Sequence record: MH051917
Source of the DNA: Enterobacteria phage vB_EcoM_IME341
Length of the DNA stretch: 64,000 nucleotides
Strand: one strand, 5' to 3'
Position 1 is the first letter of the stretch, and every line of letters begins with the position of its first letter. The position numbers and the translations under genes were made by a program. The notes beneath the pieces were generated by a model, which searched no databases, was not told the DNA's origin, and saw only the letters and a list, made by a program, of their open reading frames with translations. Positions 27,984-37,513 of the stretch are shown in pieces.

Positions 27984-28990
27984 GAACAGTTATGAAAGGC
28001 TACTTCGGTAGCCACCTTTATGGAACAAGTACTCCGGAATCTGATGTCGATTTTAAAGAAATCTTTGTTCCACATCCGCGTGATATTCTGTTAGGTACGG
28101 CTATGAACCATACCAACCTGAATACGAATAACACCGCTTCCAAAAACACTAAAGATGATGTTGACCACGAGCTTTATAGCCTGAAATATTTCTTTAAACT
28201 AGCGGCTGAAGGCGAAACCGTTGCTCTGGACATGATTCATACTCCACCTGAACTGGTGGTTAAATCTGATTTACCTGATGTATGGAAATTTATCCAGGAT
28301 AACCGTTCACGGTTCTATACAACCAACATGAAAGCCTATTTAGGGTACGTCCGTAAGCAAGCTTCTAAATATGGTGTTAAAGGTTCTCGTCTGGCTGCTC
28401 TGCGTGGTGTACTGGCTATTGTTAACCAGATTCCTGAACAGTGGGTCGATTATCAAGAAGATGGTTCGACTAAGCAACGTCGCTCTAAGGTGGAAGATAT
28501 CAAACATCGGCTCCCTGAAAACGAATTCTGTGAATGGGTATTCCATAACCATGAGAAAACAGGTCCTCAAACGTTTTATACTGTTCTCGGACGTAAATAC
28601 CAAACCACTCTGTCATTAATCGAGCTCAAGCAATCTCTGAATAAGCTCGATGCGGAATATGGTGAACGTGCTCGTAAGGCTGAAGCCAATGAAGGTATTG
28701 ACTGGAAAGCTCTGAGCCATGCTTATCGTGCTGGTTATCAGTTGAAGGAAATCTATCAAACAGGTGACCTGGTTTATCCGCTTAAAAATGCTTCTATTAT
28801 TAAAGCAATAAAAGCAGGTGATATGCCTTTTAAAGTGGTCCAAGGGCTGTTGGAAAATATTGTTGATGAAGTCGAAGTCCTGGCTATCCAGGCTCATAAG
28901 AACGGTATGCCTGAGAAGGTAGATATGAAGTTCTGGGACAAGTTCGTTGAAGAGGTGTACCTTGACAACCACAACGCTTATTACCGCTAA
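27980..28990 (+). CDS. Pol-beta superfamily nucleotidyltransferase, unknown substrate
   Basis: N-terminal GSHLYGTSTPESDVDF (hG[GS]x9-13DxD) plus downstream ALDMIH acidic motif; 336 aa. Confidence 0.55.
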   Translation: MRTVMKGYFGSHLYGTSTPESDVDFKEIFVPHPRDILLGTAMNHTNLNTNNTASKNTKDDVDHELYSLKYFFKLAAEGETVALDMIHTPPELVVKSDLPDVWKFIQDNRSRFYTTNMKAYLGYVRKQASKYGVKGSRLAALRGVLAIVNQIPEQWVDYQEDGSTKQRRSKVEDIKHRLPENEFCEWVFHNHEKTGPQTFYTVLGRKYQTTLSLIELKQSLNKLDAEYGERARKAEANEGIDWKALSHAYRAGYQLKEIYQTGDLVYPLKNASIIKAIKAGDMPFKVVQGLLENIVDEVEVLAIQAHKNGMPEKVDMKFWDKFVEEVYLDNHNAYYR

Positions 28991-29186
28991 AGAAGAAATT
29001 AACGTCTTTCTATCGTATGGAAGACCTCATAAAACTCGACGTTGGTATCTTGAAGCCGTCTGTAAAGAAACCGGACGTCGAGTCAATATCAAGTACGCAT
29101 GCAAACCTACGCCTAAACAGACAAGACGATTTGTTAACTGGGCTATAAATGATATCCGCTTCTATAATTTTTGGAGCGCAATTTAG
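28947..29186 (+). CDS. possible small basic protein
   Basis: ORF-track ORF with TTG start overlapping NTase 3' end; ends at terminator. Confidence 0.25.
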   Translation: MKRCTLTTTTLITAKEEINVFLSYGRPHKTRRWYLEAVCKETGRRVNIKYACKPTPKQTRRFVNWAINDIRFYNFWSAI

Positions 29187-29207
29187 GAACCTTCGGGTTC
29201 CTTTTTT
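29185..29207 (+). terminator. intrinsic terminator
   Basis: aggaacc-ttcg-ggttcct + TTTTTT. Confidence 0.7.
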
Positions 29208-29226
29208 GGGTTTAGTGCAAAAAGGT

Positions 29227-29255
29227 GTTTACAACCTCGTAGAGCATGATACTAT
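29227..29255 (+). promoter_or_regulatory. early promoter cassette
   Basis: gtttacaacctcgtagagcatgatactatagacctatcaaataa. Confidence 0.6.
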
Positions 29256-29303
29256 AGACCTATCAAATAAATGAACTGAAACAACTTAAAACGGAGATAC
29301 AAA

Positions 29304-29558
29304 ATGAATATTAAAGCACCTTTCGCCGGTAATGTTATTCGTGAAGATTCAATCGAAATCAACGGTGTGGTAGTTAAAGCGGTTTTAACTGATATCAAAA
29401 CCCTGGTTAAAGTTGATTACTTAACCTTTAATTTCGAAAACATTGAAGGTTATATTAATTTCCCACCAAGCATTAAAATGCATGTACGCCATGAAACTTG
29501 GTCTAAAGCAGATCAGCAAAAAGCAGTAGATTTTATTATTGAGTTCTTCTCAAAATAA
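29304..29558 (+). CDS. hypothetical protein
   Basis: 84 aa. Confidence 0.5.
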   Translation: MNIKAPFAGNVIREDSIEINGVVVKAVLTDIKTLVKVDYLTFNFENIEGYINFPPSIKMHVRHETWSKADQQKAVDFIIEFFSK

Positions 29559-29560
29559 GT

Positions 29561-29589
29561 GTGTACATATGCTTTAAACGTGTTATTAT
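29561..29589 (+). promoter_or_regulatory. degenerate early promoter cassette (GTGTAC / TATTAT)
   Basis: gtgtacatatgctttaaacgtgttattatagacctatcaa. Confidence 0.4.
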
Positions 29590-29626
29590 AGACCTATCAA
29601 ATCTACTGAGTGAAATGGAGAATATA

Positions 29627-30607
29627 ATGTTAACTATCAAAATCAACAAAGGTATCTATCGCGGTAATGAAATCTCTGGTACGTTCATGAGTTCAGGTAA
29701 AACCTGGTTCCCTAATAAAATTCATGAATCCGAAGCTCACCTCGGTGATGGCAAGGTATTCGTACAGATTGATGGTGTTGAACGTGGTGTATGGGTGTTC
29801 AAATGTGACGTTGAAATGGAAGGTGCTGAAGCTCCTGTAGTGGTTACTGAATCCGCTGAAGAAATGAAACATCGCATCAACAAACGTTTTAAAGTAATGA
29901 ACATGATGACTAACGGAATCATCGATGGTAAAATTCGTTCCCTTATCATCTCTGGTGCCGCAGGTATTGGTAAAACGTATTCTTTGGATAAAGCATTACA
30001 GAATGCCCATGAAAATGAAACTATCGAATATAAATCAATCAACGGAAAGATTAGTGGAATCGGTCTTTACGAGCAGCTTTGGAATAACCGCGGCCCTAAT
30101 AGTGTTCTTCTTATCGATGATGTTGATGTATTCTCTGATATGGATATCCTGAACCTGTTAAAAGCAGCATTGGATACCGGTGAAAAACGTAAGGTGTGCT
30201 GGAGCACTTCAAGTTCTTACCTCGATGATAAAAATATCGATAAAGAATTCGAATACGAAGGCACCATCGTGTTCATCACCAACGTTGATATTGACCGTGA
30301 ATTAGAACGTGGAACTAAACTTGCTCCACACCTCCAGGCTTTAGTATCTCGTTCAGTTTACTTAGACCTCGGAGTTCACTCTAACGAAGAGATTATGGTT
30401 CGTGTTGAAGACGTTATCCTGTCCACTGATATGATGCAAAACCGAGGTCTGTCTGATGCTGAGACCTATCAAGCTTTAGCATGGATGAAGGCTAATGTAT
30501 CTCGTCTTCGTAACGTATCATTACGTACAGCTCTTTATCTAGCGGACTTCATTGCCACCGATAAAAATGACTGGAACGAAATCGCTGAAGTTACCCTTCT
30601 GAAATAA
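29627..30607 (+). CDS. P-loop AAA-type ATPase of unknown function
   Basis: Walker A SGAAGIGKT, Walker B VLLIDDVD; 327 aa from ATG after cassette SD. Confidence 0.55.
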   Translation: MLTIKINKGIYRGNEISGTFMSSGKTWFPNKIHESEAHLGDGKVFVQIDGVERGVWVFKCDVEMEGAEAPVVVTESAEEMKHRINKRFKVMNMMTNGIIDGKIRSLIISGAAGIGKTYSLDKALQNAHENETIEYKSINGKISGIGLYEQLWNNRGPNSVLLIDDVDVFSDMDILNLLKAALDTGEKRKVCWSTSSSYLDDKNIDKEFEYEGTIVFITNVDIDRELERGTKLAPHLQALVSRSVYLDLGVHSNEEIMVRVEDVILSTDMMQNRGLSDAETYQALAWMKANVSRLRNVSLRTALYLADFIATDKNDWNEIAEVTLLK

Positions 30608-30617
30608 AGGTGAAATT

Positions 30618-30959
30618 ATGTTCGAACAATTTAGTTACGACCTTATAAAAGCAGAGTTGAAGTACTCTAATGCCATGAAACAGTCCGTCGAGGACTACGA
30701 TAATGAATTTAAATACAAATTCGCCGAAAAGGTTTATAAAACCGATTGTGAAGAAGGAGACTACAAGAGACTGGCCTTGGCCGCTAAGACTCAGGCCTTA
30801 ATAAATCTAGACCGTAAGCAGGTAAAGTTGGCAGGCGACTTCCGAGGTGAACTCTGCGCCATCAGGAATGAATACCTTATTCGTATTAAACACCAACGGA
30901 AAGAGAACAACCAATCCGCTTGGTTTAGTGGTCAATCAGGTGAAAAAAGTTTCTATTAG
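30618..30959 (+). CDS. hypothetical protein
   Basis: 113 aa. Confidence 0.5.
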   Translation: MFEQFSYDLIKAELKYSNAMKQSVEDYDNEFKYKFAEKVYKTDCEEGDYKRLALAAKTQALINLDRKQVKLAGDFRGELCAIRNEYLIRIKHQRKENNQSAWFSGQSGEKSFY

Positions 30960-30961
30960 TT

Positions 30962-30990
30962 GTTTACATCTCCAGTAGAAATGATACTAT
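30962..30990 (+). promoter_or_regulatory. early promoter cassette with RBS-sequestering inverted repeat
   Basis: gtttacatctccagtagaaatgatactatagacctatcaactactggag; arms ctccagtag / ctactggag. Confidence 0.6.
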
Positions 30991-31016
30991 AGACCTATCA
31001 ACTACTGGAGGTTATC

Positions 31017-31541
31017 ATGAACGCTAAAGATATTTTTTCACTGATTAATTTCAACAACGGTAATTTCAAATCTGAAAAACAAAGCAAGTTCTTTAACGAC
31101 GTTGCTTGTGGTAATGAGATTACCGTATCTGGAGGAGAGATTTACAAAAGCCGTTGGAACTGGATTGCTATCATCGATTCAGTTGGTATTGTAGAGCTCT
31201 ATAAAAACACTAACAAAAAACGTATTCTTTACTGGAGTCGTGAAAACAATCAAGCTTATCAAGCTGAACGTAACAAACGTTTAATGCCTACTGAATCTGA
31301 CCTGGCAAACGTTAAATCTGATATCGCTTATTTCGATAATCTGATTGCCGAACAACAAGCAGTTATTGATAAGTTTGACGAAATCAAAGCTTGTAAAGAG
31401 ATTCCTGAATTCATGCGGGAATCAGTAAACGAACAGTACGCCCTCACTTCAGGTCGTATCGAGCAGTACAAATCACAACGAGCTGAACGCCAAGCTCTGC
31501 TTCAGAAATTTGAAGAGCGTTTAAAGACGGTTCTCGCATAA
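31017..31541 (+). CDS. hypothetical protein with C-terminal coiled coil
   Basis: 174 aa. Confidence 0.5.
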   Translation: MNAKDIFSLINFNNGNFKSEKQSKFFNDVACGNEITVSGGEIYKSRWNWIAIIDSVGIVELYKNTNKKRILYWSRENNQAYQAERNKRLMPTESDLANVKSDIAYFDNLIAEQQAVIDKFDEIKACKEIPEFMRESVNEQYALTSGRIEQYKSQRAERQALLQKFEERLKTVLA

Positions 31542-31542
31542 A

Positions 31543-31567
31543 CGCTTTATACCAAGGATGGTATAAT
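31543..31567 (+). promoter_or_regulatory. possible T4-type middle promoter (MotA box + -10)
   Basis: cGCTTTA, 12 bp, TATAAT; palindrome tacca/tggta across the -10. Confidence 0.35.
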
Positions 31568-31604
31568 GGTTCTAGGTTCTTAATTACTTACTGAGGAAAT
31601 TATT

Positions 31605-32447
31605 ATGTCACAGGCAATTAATCAAATTCGTTCTGAAGTTAAAAAAGTTATTAAATTTGGTCGTATTCCACTGAATAAAGAAGTGGTTGAAAAGGTTTTG
31701 GCCATGATGTGGGAAAAGTTTGAAGTTTGTATTTCTGTAGATGAATTCACTAAAATCTTTGACAAGACTAAAGGTTTGTTTACGTTAGAAGACAGAGTCA
31801 TGAAATCTCTTCACAGGGCCGGTATGTTGACTCGTGCTAACGCCAGAATTATTCTTAGAAATTATAACAAAGGCTACGACCTCTATGGTCGTTTAATCCC
31901 GGCGATGTCATTTGATGAAGTTGTTAAAGATCTTCGTACTAACCAACGTCGTTTACTAGCACTGGGTGCTCGTCTGGCTTTAGGTAAAGATAAGCAAATG
32001 CCATTTAAGACTAATGGTTCGGGCGATTGGATTATCTTTAATATTGTCAACCAACCAGGTAACGAAAACGAGTATCTTACTTCAACTTTTAGTGGTTGTC
32101 AATATGACAATTGGAAATTCCATCTTCGATTAGCTTTGTCCGAACTCGAACGTAGCGGTATTCTTACCTTCGATAATGTTAATACCAGTACAGGCTGGCG
32201 TATTAAACTTGTTAAGCCCGGTAATGAAGTTAAAAGTCATTCAGAAGCTCCTAAACCAGAACCTGTGCCAGTGCGCAGCAATGAGAAGCATCAAGCCCAG
32301 ATTGAGTATTTTAGCAATTTGCTTACTTGCTTGAATGTTACAATCCAACAACAAGATGATGAGATTTTCCGACTCTCTGGTCTGAATGCTAAAGCTAAGG
32401 CTGAACGTCAAAAATATATCGATATCCTAAATCTTCTTAAGGATTAA
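31605..32447 (+). CDS. hypothetical protein with C-terminal coiled coil
   Basis: 280 aa. Confidence 0.5.
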   Translation: MSQAINQIRSEVKKVIKFGRIPLNKEVVEKVLAMMWEKFEVCISVDEFTKIFDKTKGLFTLEDRVMKSLHRAGMLTRANARIILRNYNKGYDLYGRLIPAMSFDEVVKDLRTNQRRLLALGARLALGKDKQMPFKTNGSGDWIIFNIVNQPGNENEYLTSTFSGCQYDNWKFHLRLALSELERSGILTFDNVNTSTGWRIKLVKPGNEVKSHSEAPKPEPVPVRSNEKHQAQIEYFSNLLTCLNVTIQQQDDEIFRLSGLNAKAKAERQKYIDILNLLKD

Positions 32448-32448
32448 T

Positions 32449-32652
32449 ATGGCTATAATTATCAGTTTTATTTTTGGATACCTTGTGATAGGATTCATTA
32501 CTGTCCTTATTGGTCGTAATCATATGGAAATTAACTCAGGTGGTGAAGCAGTATTCGCTACCTTTATTTGGCCTGTGCTTGTTTTATTTGGAATAGTTTC
32601 TATTGTGACTTGGCCTTTAGCTAAACTCTATGAAAAATTATTTGGACTTTAA
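32449..32652 (+). CDS. small membrane protein
   Basis: 67 aa, two hydrophobic helices. Confidence 0.45.
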   Translation: MAIIISFIFGYLVIGFITVLIGRNHMEINSGGEAVFATFIWPVLVLFGIVSIVTWPLAKLYEKLFGL

Positions 32653-32653
32653 T

Positions 32654-33523
32654 ATGAACATTAAAACACGTAAAGAATATTCCCGATATGATTTTGATAC
32701 CACACGTCGTATCGCTATCGATCGGCTGGCCGACTTCGGCCATATTTGTAATGGTAATTATACTTATGGTGTAGGACGTAAAGGGACTTATATTAGTTCT
32801 TTGAACGATTATTGCCGTTGCCCAGCCCATCTGTTTGGAGCAACATTGCGAGCTAATATCAAAGACCTCTTGGCTACTGCAGGACGTATTTCTACGGTTC
32901 CTGTCAATATCAAGAATATTAATTTTACGGCTCGTAACCTAGTCATTAATATTCTGTCTGACGGTATCCAAGTTCGTTTCCGTCCTACCTCAAAAGGTAA
33001 TAAGGCCCTTCGTGAAGCATTCGAAACCTTATTCAGAGAAGCAATGACTCGTATTAAGGCAGTAGAATCATATAAAGTTACAACCGATGAATATGCTGAT
33101 TGTTCCGGACGGCCTGATGCAGTGTATTTTAATGTTAAACTAACTCGTGAATATCTTTTGTCTTATGCCCCTTATCAATCCCAACAAAAGGACCCACAAA
33201 TGGAACGTCGTATCTCTGCAGTATCATGTGACAGTGTAGGCCAGTATGCAGCCTATGACAAATTCAAAACCACAGCCGTGCCTAGTCCATTCAATTCTGA
33301 ACCGTATCATTGGAAAATTAAACCCGAGAATTCTTTGGTTGTTACTAACCCTACGATGAAACCTATCGAGAAGTATCATGAGGACCACCTCCAGGAATCA
33401 ATCCACCGTTTAAACGGTCAGATCGAAGATGAGAAAAAGAGTATTCAAGACGTACTGATTCGCATCAAGAACATGGAACTCCAGCGTGACAAGCTCCGCT
33501 CGGCAGTATTAGCTCTAAAATAA
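32654..33523 (+). CDS. hypothetical protein with C-terminal coiled coil
   Basis: About 290 aa; start ambiguous (32630 or 32654). Confidence 0.45.
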   Translation: MNIKTRKEYSRYDFDTTRRIAIDRLADFGHICNGNYTYGVGRKGTYISSLNDYCRCPAHLFGATLRANIKDLLATAGRISTVPVNIKNINFTARNLVINILSDGIQVRFRPTSKGNKALREAFETLFREAMTRIKAVESYKVTTDEYADCSGRPDAVYFNVKLTREYLLSYAPYQSQQKDPQMERRISAVSCDSVGQYAAYDKFKTTAVPSPFNSEPYHWKIKPENSLVVTNPTMKPIEKYHEDHLQESIHRLNGQIEDEKKSIQDVLIRIKNMELQRDKLRSAVLALK

Positions 33524-33524
33524 T

Positions 33525-33554
33525 GTTTACATCCAAGGACGGATGGAGTATAAT
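33525..33554 (+). promoter_or_regulatory. early promoter (GTTTAC / TATAAT)
   Basis: gtttacatccaaggacggatggagtataat. Confidence 0.55.
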
Positions 33555-33580
33555 CTTTCTATCAACTTGAGGAGAATATC

Positions 33581-34591
33581 ATGACTCGTACTGAATACAT
33601 TAATGCCTTTACTACTTATATCACTGCCAATACCCCTCCATTAACCCCATATGTGGTAATAGTTTCTAATATCAATAAATGGGTCGACCAAATTGATGAT
33701 GCATTATCGCGCTGTTTCAAAGCTGAAATCGAAAAGATTGCAGGCCGTTTGTGCATTCATGATATCATTAAAACATTTAAAGGTTCTCGACTGCTTTCGC
33801 GACTGGTCAATAAGGACATCCTTTCAGAGTTTGGCAAAGAGAAACATCCGGGTTCTAGCCATGCTGTTAGCTACAAATGGTTTGGTGATACCATAAAAAG
33901 TTATATCAAAATTAAAGGTATGGACCCTAGTAGTTTATTTCCGCAACGTTGGGTTACCGAATTCAAGGCTAACTCTGCATTAATTCTCAAAGCGGCCTCT
34001 AAAACTATAGTTTCCGGTGATTGTCGTACTATTCACCCGATGGCTAATTGCATGATTAAAACAAATAGTTATAAAGGAAAAGCTATTATTTCTGTTATTT
34101 GGTCACCTAATAGGAAACCTAAAGATGATGCGGAAGTTGTAAAGTATCAAGATATTGCTTACGATACCTTGAATACTATCGAACAAGCTTTAGCTCTGAT
34201 GGATACCGTAGAGAAATATGAGACCCAAGAAGTTAAACACCACTTAGGCTGGAAAGGATATGAAGTCTTAGTAACAGTTCGCGAAATCAAATGTACTGTT
34301 CCAAAAACTGATGCTGAAATTTACCAAGAAAAATGTGAGGAAATTGTGAATACTGATAAAGAGCCTGCAACATTAGAAGACTTGATTAACGACTTGAACA
34401 GCCCTATCATGGCCCCTACACCAATTACTAAATCCAAGTTACCAGAAATCGTTGCCTTAGAAAAAGCGTATAAAGATGCCCTGGCTATCAACAAAAAACT
34501 GACCGGACAATATACTGCTGCCAAGAAACTTTGGGAAGAGTCTACCAATCGTTTAGACCGTCTTGAACAGGCTCTGGAGCTGCTGAAATGA
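33581..34591 (+). CDS. hypothetical protein with C-terminal coiled coil
   Basis: 336 aa. Confidence 0.5.
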   Translation: MTRTEYINAFTTYITANTPPLTPYVVIVSNINKWVDQIDDALSRCFKAEIEKIAGRLCIHDIIKTFKGSRLLSRLVNKDILSEFGKEKHPGSSHAVSYKWFGDTIKSYIKIKGMDPSSLFPQRWVTEFKANSALILKAASKTIVSGDCRTIHPMANCMIKTNSYKGKAIISVIWSPNRKPKDDAEVVKYQDIAYDTLNTIEQALALMDTVEKYETQEVKHHLGWKGYEVLVTVREIKCTVPKTDAEIYQEKCEEIVNTDKEPATLEDLINDLNSPIMAPTPITKSKLPEIVALEKAYKDALAINKKLTGQYTAAKKLWEESTNRLDRLEQALELLK

Positions 34592-34899
34592 AACAACGTT
34601 TAGCTGAAGATATTGCTTCAACAACCAATACCGGTTTATTGAAATTTATTAAAGCCGAGGATGTTGAAGTTGAATTGGTTGGTAAAATTCATGGCTGTGA
34701 TGAATATAGTGATGCTGTTAATTGGGATGCTGTAATGGCTATGGTCGCACGCCGCGAGCAAGCTTCTAAGAATGTACCAAACTGTCCTGAGTGTGGTACA
34801 GAACAGGTCCAATTGGTCCATTGGCAGACTAGTAATCTTCGTTACAAATGCCGTCATTGTAAACACAAATTTGAGCGAGACGAAAATGGCAAAGCGTAA
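34588..34899 (+). CDS. zinc-ribbon protein
   Basis: 103 aa; CPEC...CRHC four-Cys motif. Confidence 0.5.
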   Translation: MKQRLAEDIASTTNTGLLKFIKAEDVEVELVGKIHGCDEYSDAVNWDAVMAMVARREQASKNVPNCPECGTEQVQLVHWQTSNLRYKCRHCKHKFERDENGKA

Positions 34900-35122
34900 A
34901 GAATATGTAGAGGCTGCCGATAAGGCAGTCCGCGAACTTACTCTAGCTTATTATAAAGAGCATGGTAAATTCCCAGACAGTTATTCAGTATTGAAATCTG
35001 CTTTAACTCGCTCGTATAATAATATACTATCTGATGTATATGATTTAAAATATGAGCACATGGAAAAATATGGAACAGAACTCGACCGTTCTGAAGCATT
35101 CAAACAAATATTAGGAATTTAA
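34886..35122 (+). CDS. hypothetical protein
   Basis: 78 aa from ATG overlapping previous gene end. Confidence 0.45.
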   Translation: MAKRKEYVEAADKAVRELTLAYYKEHGKFPDSYSVLKSALTRSYNNILSDVYDLKYEHMEKYGTELDRSEAFKQILGI

Positions 35123-35124
35123 AA

Positions 35125-35388
35125 ATGTTTAAAGTTTATGGTTACGATTCAAATATTCACCGCTGTGTTTTCTGTGATAATGCCAAACGTCTGCTTGATG
35201 TTAAGAAACAACCTTACGAATTCATTAACGTGATGCCTGAAAAAGGCGTATTTGATGATGAGAAGATTGCTGAACTCTTGACTGCTCTTGGTCGCGAATC
35301 TCAGGTAGGTTTGACTATGCCTCAGGTATTTGCTCCGGACGGAACTTCTATTGGTGGCTTTGACCAACTGCGAGCTTATTTCAAATGA
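35125..35388 (+). CDS. nrdC: glutaredoxin/thioredoxin NrdC
   Basis: MFKVYGYDSNIHRCVFCDNAKRLL...; CxxC active site; highly similar to T4 NrdC. Confidence 0.9.
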   Translation: MFKVYGYDSNIHRCVFCDNAKRLLDVKKQPYEFINVMPEKGVFDDEKIAELLTALGRESQVGLTMPQVFAPDGTSIGGFDQLRAYFK

Positions 35389-35546
35389 TTGAATTAATGT
35401 TGGTTGTTTTATATCTTATCATCGGTATTGGTTATGCTAAGACCCTAGCTAAATTAGATGATTCCGGTGATTTTTGTTGGTGGCTGACGTCTATGATTTG
35501 TTGGCCTTTATTTCTGGTTGGTGCTTCATTCTGGAACTTCAAATGA
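35385..35546 (+). CDS. possible 53-aa membrane peptide
   Basis: MIELMLVVLYLIIGIGYAK...; ATGA overlaps on both sides; below ORF-track cutoff. Confidence 0.35.
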   Translation: MIELMLVVLYLIIGIGYAKTLAKLDDSGDFCWWLTSMICWPLFLVGASFWNFK

Positions 35547-35719
35547 CTGAATTTGATATAGCTTATGAAACCTGCGCAAGTGAGTTTGATACTCCTGCGC
35601 CTAGTAAAGAAACCGTATTGGCAAATCTCCCGGATTGGTTAAAAGAAGAAGCCAACGAATGGGGTTGGACTGATACCTGTGTACGTGACCAGCTATTTGA
35701 ATTTATGGTGGAGTTATGA
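35543..35719 (+). CDS. small acidic protein
   Basis: 58 aa from ATG 35543. Confidence 0.4.
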   Translation: MTEFDIAYETCASEFDTPAPSKETVLANLPDWLKEEANEWGWTDTCVRDQLFEFMVEL

Positions 35720-36024
35720 TTGAATTAAACGAACAAACCATTTTTCTAGGTGATGGCACCGAAGATGACCTGGAATATAAACTATACGAATATATGGTTT
35801 GGTTGGCTAAAGCAGAAGGTATAGACTTTGCTGTAGCTCACCCATATGGCGAGAACACTGTTGTAATCGGTGGCACTGCTTATGAAGTCCAATGGCAATA
35901 CGTTGGGCTTGAATCTGAAGAATTTGAAGAAGATGAACATGGCGATTGGCATCCAGTCGGCCCTTGGTACTGGGAACACGGTGAACCTGATTTTGAAGTA
36001 AGTAGTTGGTGGTGGGACCGTTAA
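35716..36024 (+). CDS. hypothetical acidic Trp-rich protein
   Basis: 102 aa. Confidence 0.45.
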   Translation: MIELNEQTIFLGDGTEDDLEYKLYEYMVWLAKAEGIDFAVAHPYGENTVVIGGTAYEVQWQYVGLESEEFEEDEHGDWHPVGPWYWEHGEPDFEVSSWWWDR

Positions 36025-36070
36025 GCCATGGTATACCGCTCGATGGGAAACTGTCGAGCCAGAGGAACCT

Positions 36071-36100
36071 GTTTACAACGATTCCGAAATAGAGTATAAT
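36071..36100 (+). promoter_or_regulatory. early promoter (GTTTAC / TATAAT)
   Basis: gtttacaacgattccgaaatagagtataat. Confidence 0.5.
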
Positions 36101-36140
36101 GAACCTTCAAACAATGATTTAATCGATATGGAGTTTGGAT

Positions 36141-36314
36141 ATGAGTACCAAAATTGAAGTTGGCCGTCATAAAGGCCGTCTGATTGAACATTCGCTTTAC
36201 GAGTTGTCGGATTCAGGTTCTTTACCTGACCTAGAATCCGATTTGATTAAAGCTGCGGCCGATTATATTCATTGGCTTGAAGCTCAACTTCGCTTTTCCG
36301 ATGAGGCCTTCTGA
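36141..36314 (+). CDS. small protein
   Basis: 57 aa after SD GGAG; not in ORF track (below cutoff). Confidence 0.4.
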   Translation: MSTKIEVGRHKGRLIEHSLYELSDSGSLPDLESDLIKAAADYIHWLEAQLRFSDEAF

Positions 36315-36616
36315 TGAATTTATTTGAATTTGAAGGTAAAACTGTTCGTATTACTGAAGAAGATGTCGACCATTATGTTGACTGGCCTGAATTAAATGGT
36401 AATCGTGGTTTTGAGTCAGGTGAGCTCTGTGAAGGCGCCGAAGTTAAAATCCTTAAGGTGGAAATGTCTCCATGGGGCGACCCTGAAATCATCGGCGTAA
36501 CTGCTATCGAATTCAATGGTAAGGTATACGAATACACTAAAGAAATGTTTGAAGATACTAAAGCTTCATTCTGGTGTTTTTGGACCAACGATGATAATGA
36601 ATTTGAGGTCGCATGA
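36314..36616 (+). CDS. hypothetical acidic protein
   Basis: 100 aa. Confidence 0.5.
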   Translation: MNLFEFEGKTVRITEEDVDHYVDWPELNGNRGFESGELCEGAEVKILKVEMSPWGDPEIIGVTAIEFNGKVYEYTKEMFEDTKASFWCFWTNDDNEFEVA

Positions 36617-36789
36617 AAACTGTATTAGTCTATACCGAAAAGTTGAATGGTGGTAAGGTCTGGAAACTTCTTATCAAAGGAAGCCCTACCGACCAGTTTA
36701 TGGCCACCTGTATAGGATTATATACCCGTCCTACTAAAAAGATGATTCGACAATTTAAACGTTTGCATCGTTCGTTCTATGGGGTCTGA
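36613..36789 (+). CDS. small basic protein
   Basis: 58 aa, ATGA overlap. Confidence 0.4.
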   Translation: MKTVLVYTEKLNGGKVWKLLIKGSPTDQFMATCIGLYTRPTKKMIRQFKRLHRSFYGV

Positions 36790-36790
36790 T

Positions 36791-36883
36791 ATGGATGCTC
36801 TTATTACGGTATTTTGGGTAGGAGTTGTTTTATTCGGATTGTTGTTAGTGCTAAGTTGCACTGCTAAACTATTAGGATATTAA
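36791..36883 (+). CDS. possible 30-aa hydrophobic peptide
   Basis: MDALITVFWVGVVLFGLLLVLSCTAKLLGY. Confidence 0.25.
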   Translation: MDALITVFWVGVVLFGLLLVLSCTAKLLGY

Positions 36884-36888
36884 TAAAT

Positions 36889-36913
36889 ACCCTTATCTAA
36901 TAATGGTAAGGGT
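36889..36913 (+). promoter_or_regulatory. stem-loop upstream of gene 49
   Basis: accctta - 11-nt loop - taagggt ending 5 nt before the gene 49 ATG. Confidence 0.45.
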
Positions 36914-36918
36914 TTATT

Positions 36919-37392
36919 ATGTTGTTGACCGGCAAATTATACAAAGAAGAAAAACAAAAACTTTATGATGCACAATGTGGTAAGTGTTTGATTTGTAAAC
37001 GTGAATTAAACCCTGATGTTCAAAGTAACCACCTTGACCACGACCACGAGTTAAACGGGCCAAAAGCCGGTAAGGTTCGTGGTTTACTATGTAACCTGTG
37101 CAATGCTGCAGAAGGACAAATGAAGCATAAGTTCAACCGTTCTGGTCTTAAAGGTCAAAACGTTGACTACCTCGAATGGTTAGAGAATTTGCTGGTCTAT
37201 CTGAAAGCTGATTATACTGAAAACAATATTCATCCTAATTTCGTTCCTGATAAAACCAAAGAGTTCAGCAGGTTGGGTAAGGAAGAAATGATTGCTGAAA
37301 TGCTTTCACATGGAATGACTTATAATGAATCTGCTACTAAGAAACAAATGGTCGATTCGTTTAAAAAACAACTGAGGAAATCGCTTAAATGA
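36919..37392 (+). CDS. 49: endonuclease VII (Holliday junction resolvase)
   Basis: MLLTGKLYKEEKQKLYDAQCGKCLICKRELNPDVQSNHLDHDHELNGPKAGKVRGLLCNLCNAAEG; highly similar to T4 gp49. Confidence 0.95.
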   Translation: MLLTGKLYKEEKQKLYDAQCGKCLICKRELNPDVQSNHLDHDHELNGPKAGKVRGLLCNLCNAAEGQMKHKFNRSGLKGQNVDYLEWLENLLVYLKADYTENNIHPNFVPDKTKEFSRLGKEEMIAEMLSHGMTYNESATKKQMVDSFKKQLRKSLK

Positions 37393-37513
37393 TTAATTTT
37401 TATGGCTACACATTTTATGCTTTAGCCGAATCTCTGAACGATGCAGTGCGTATTATGGGTGTTGAGTATCCTGCTCAATGGTTATTTGTTGTAACTAACA
37501 TGTGGGTTCTTTA

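Noticed and set aside
28340-28972. Minus-strand ORFs inside the nucleotidyltransferase gene
   Set aside because: Antisense to a motif-supported CDS; no start context.
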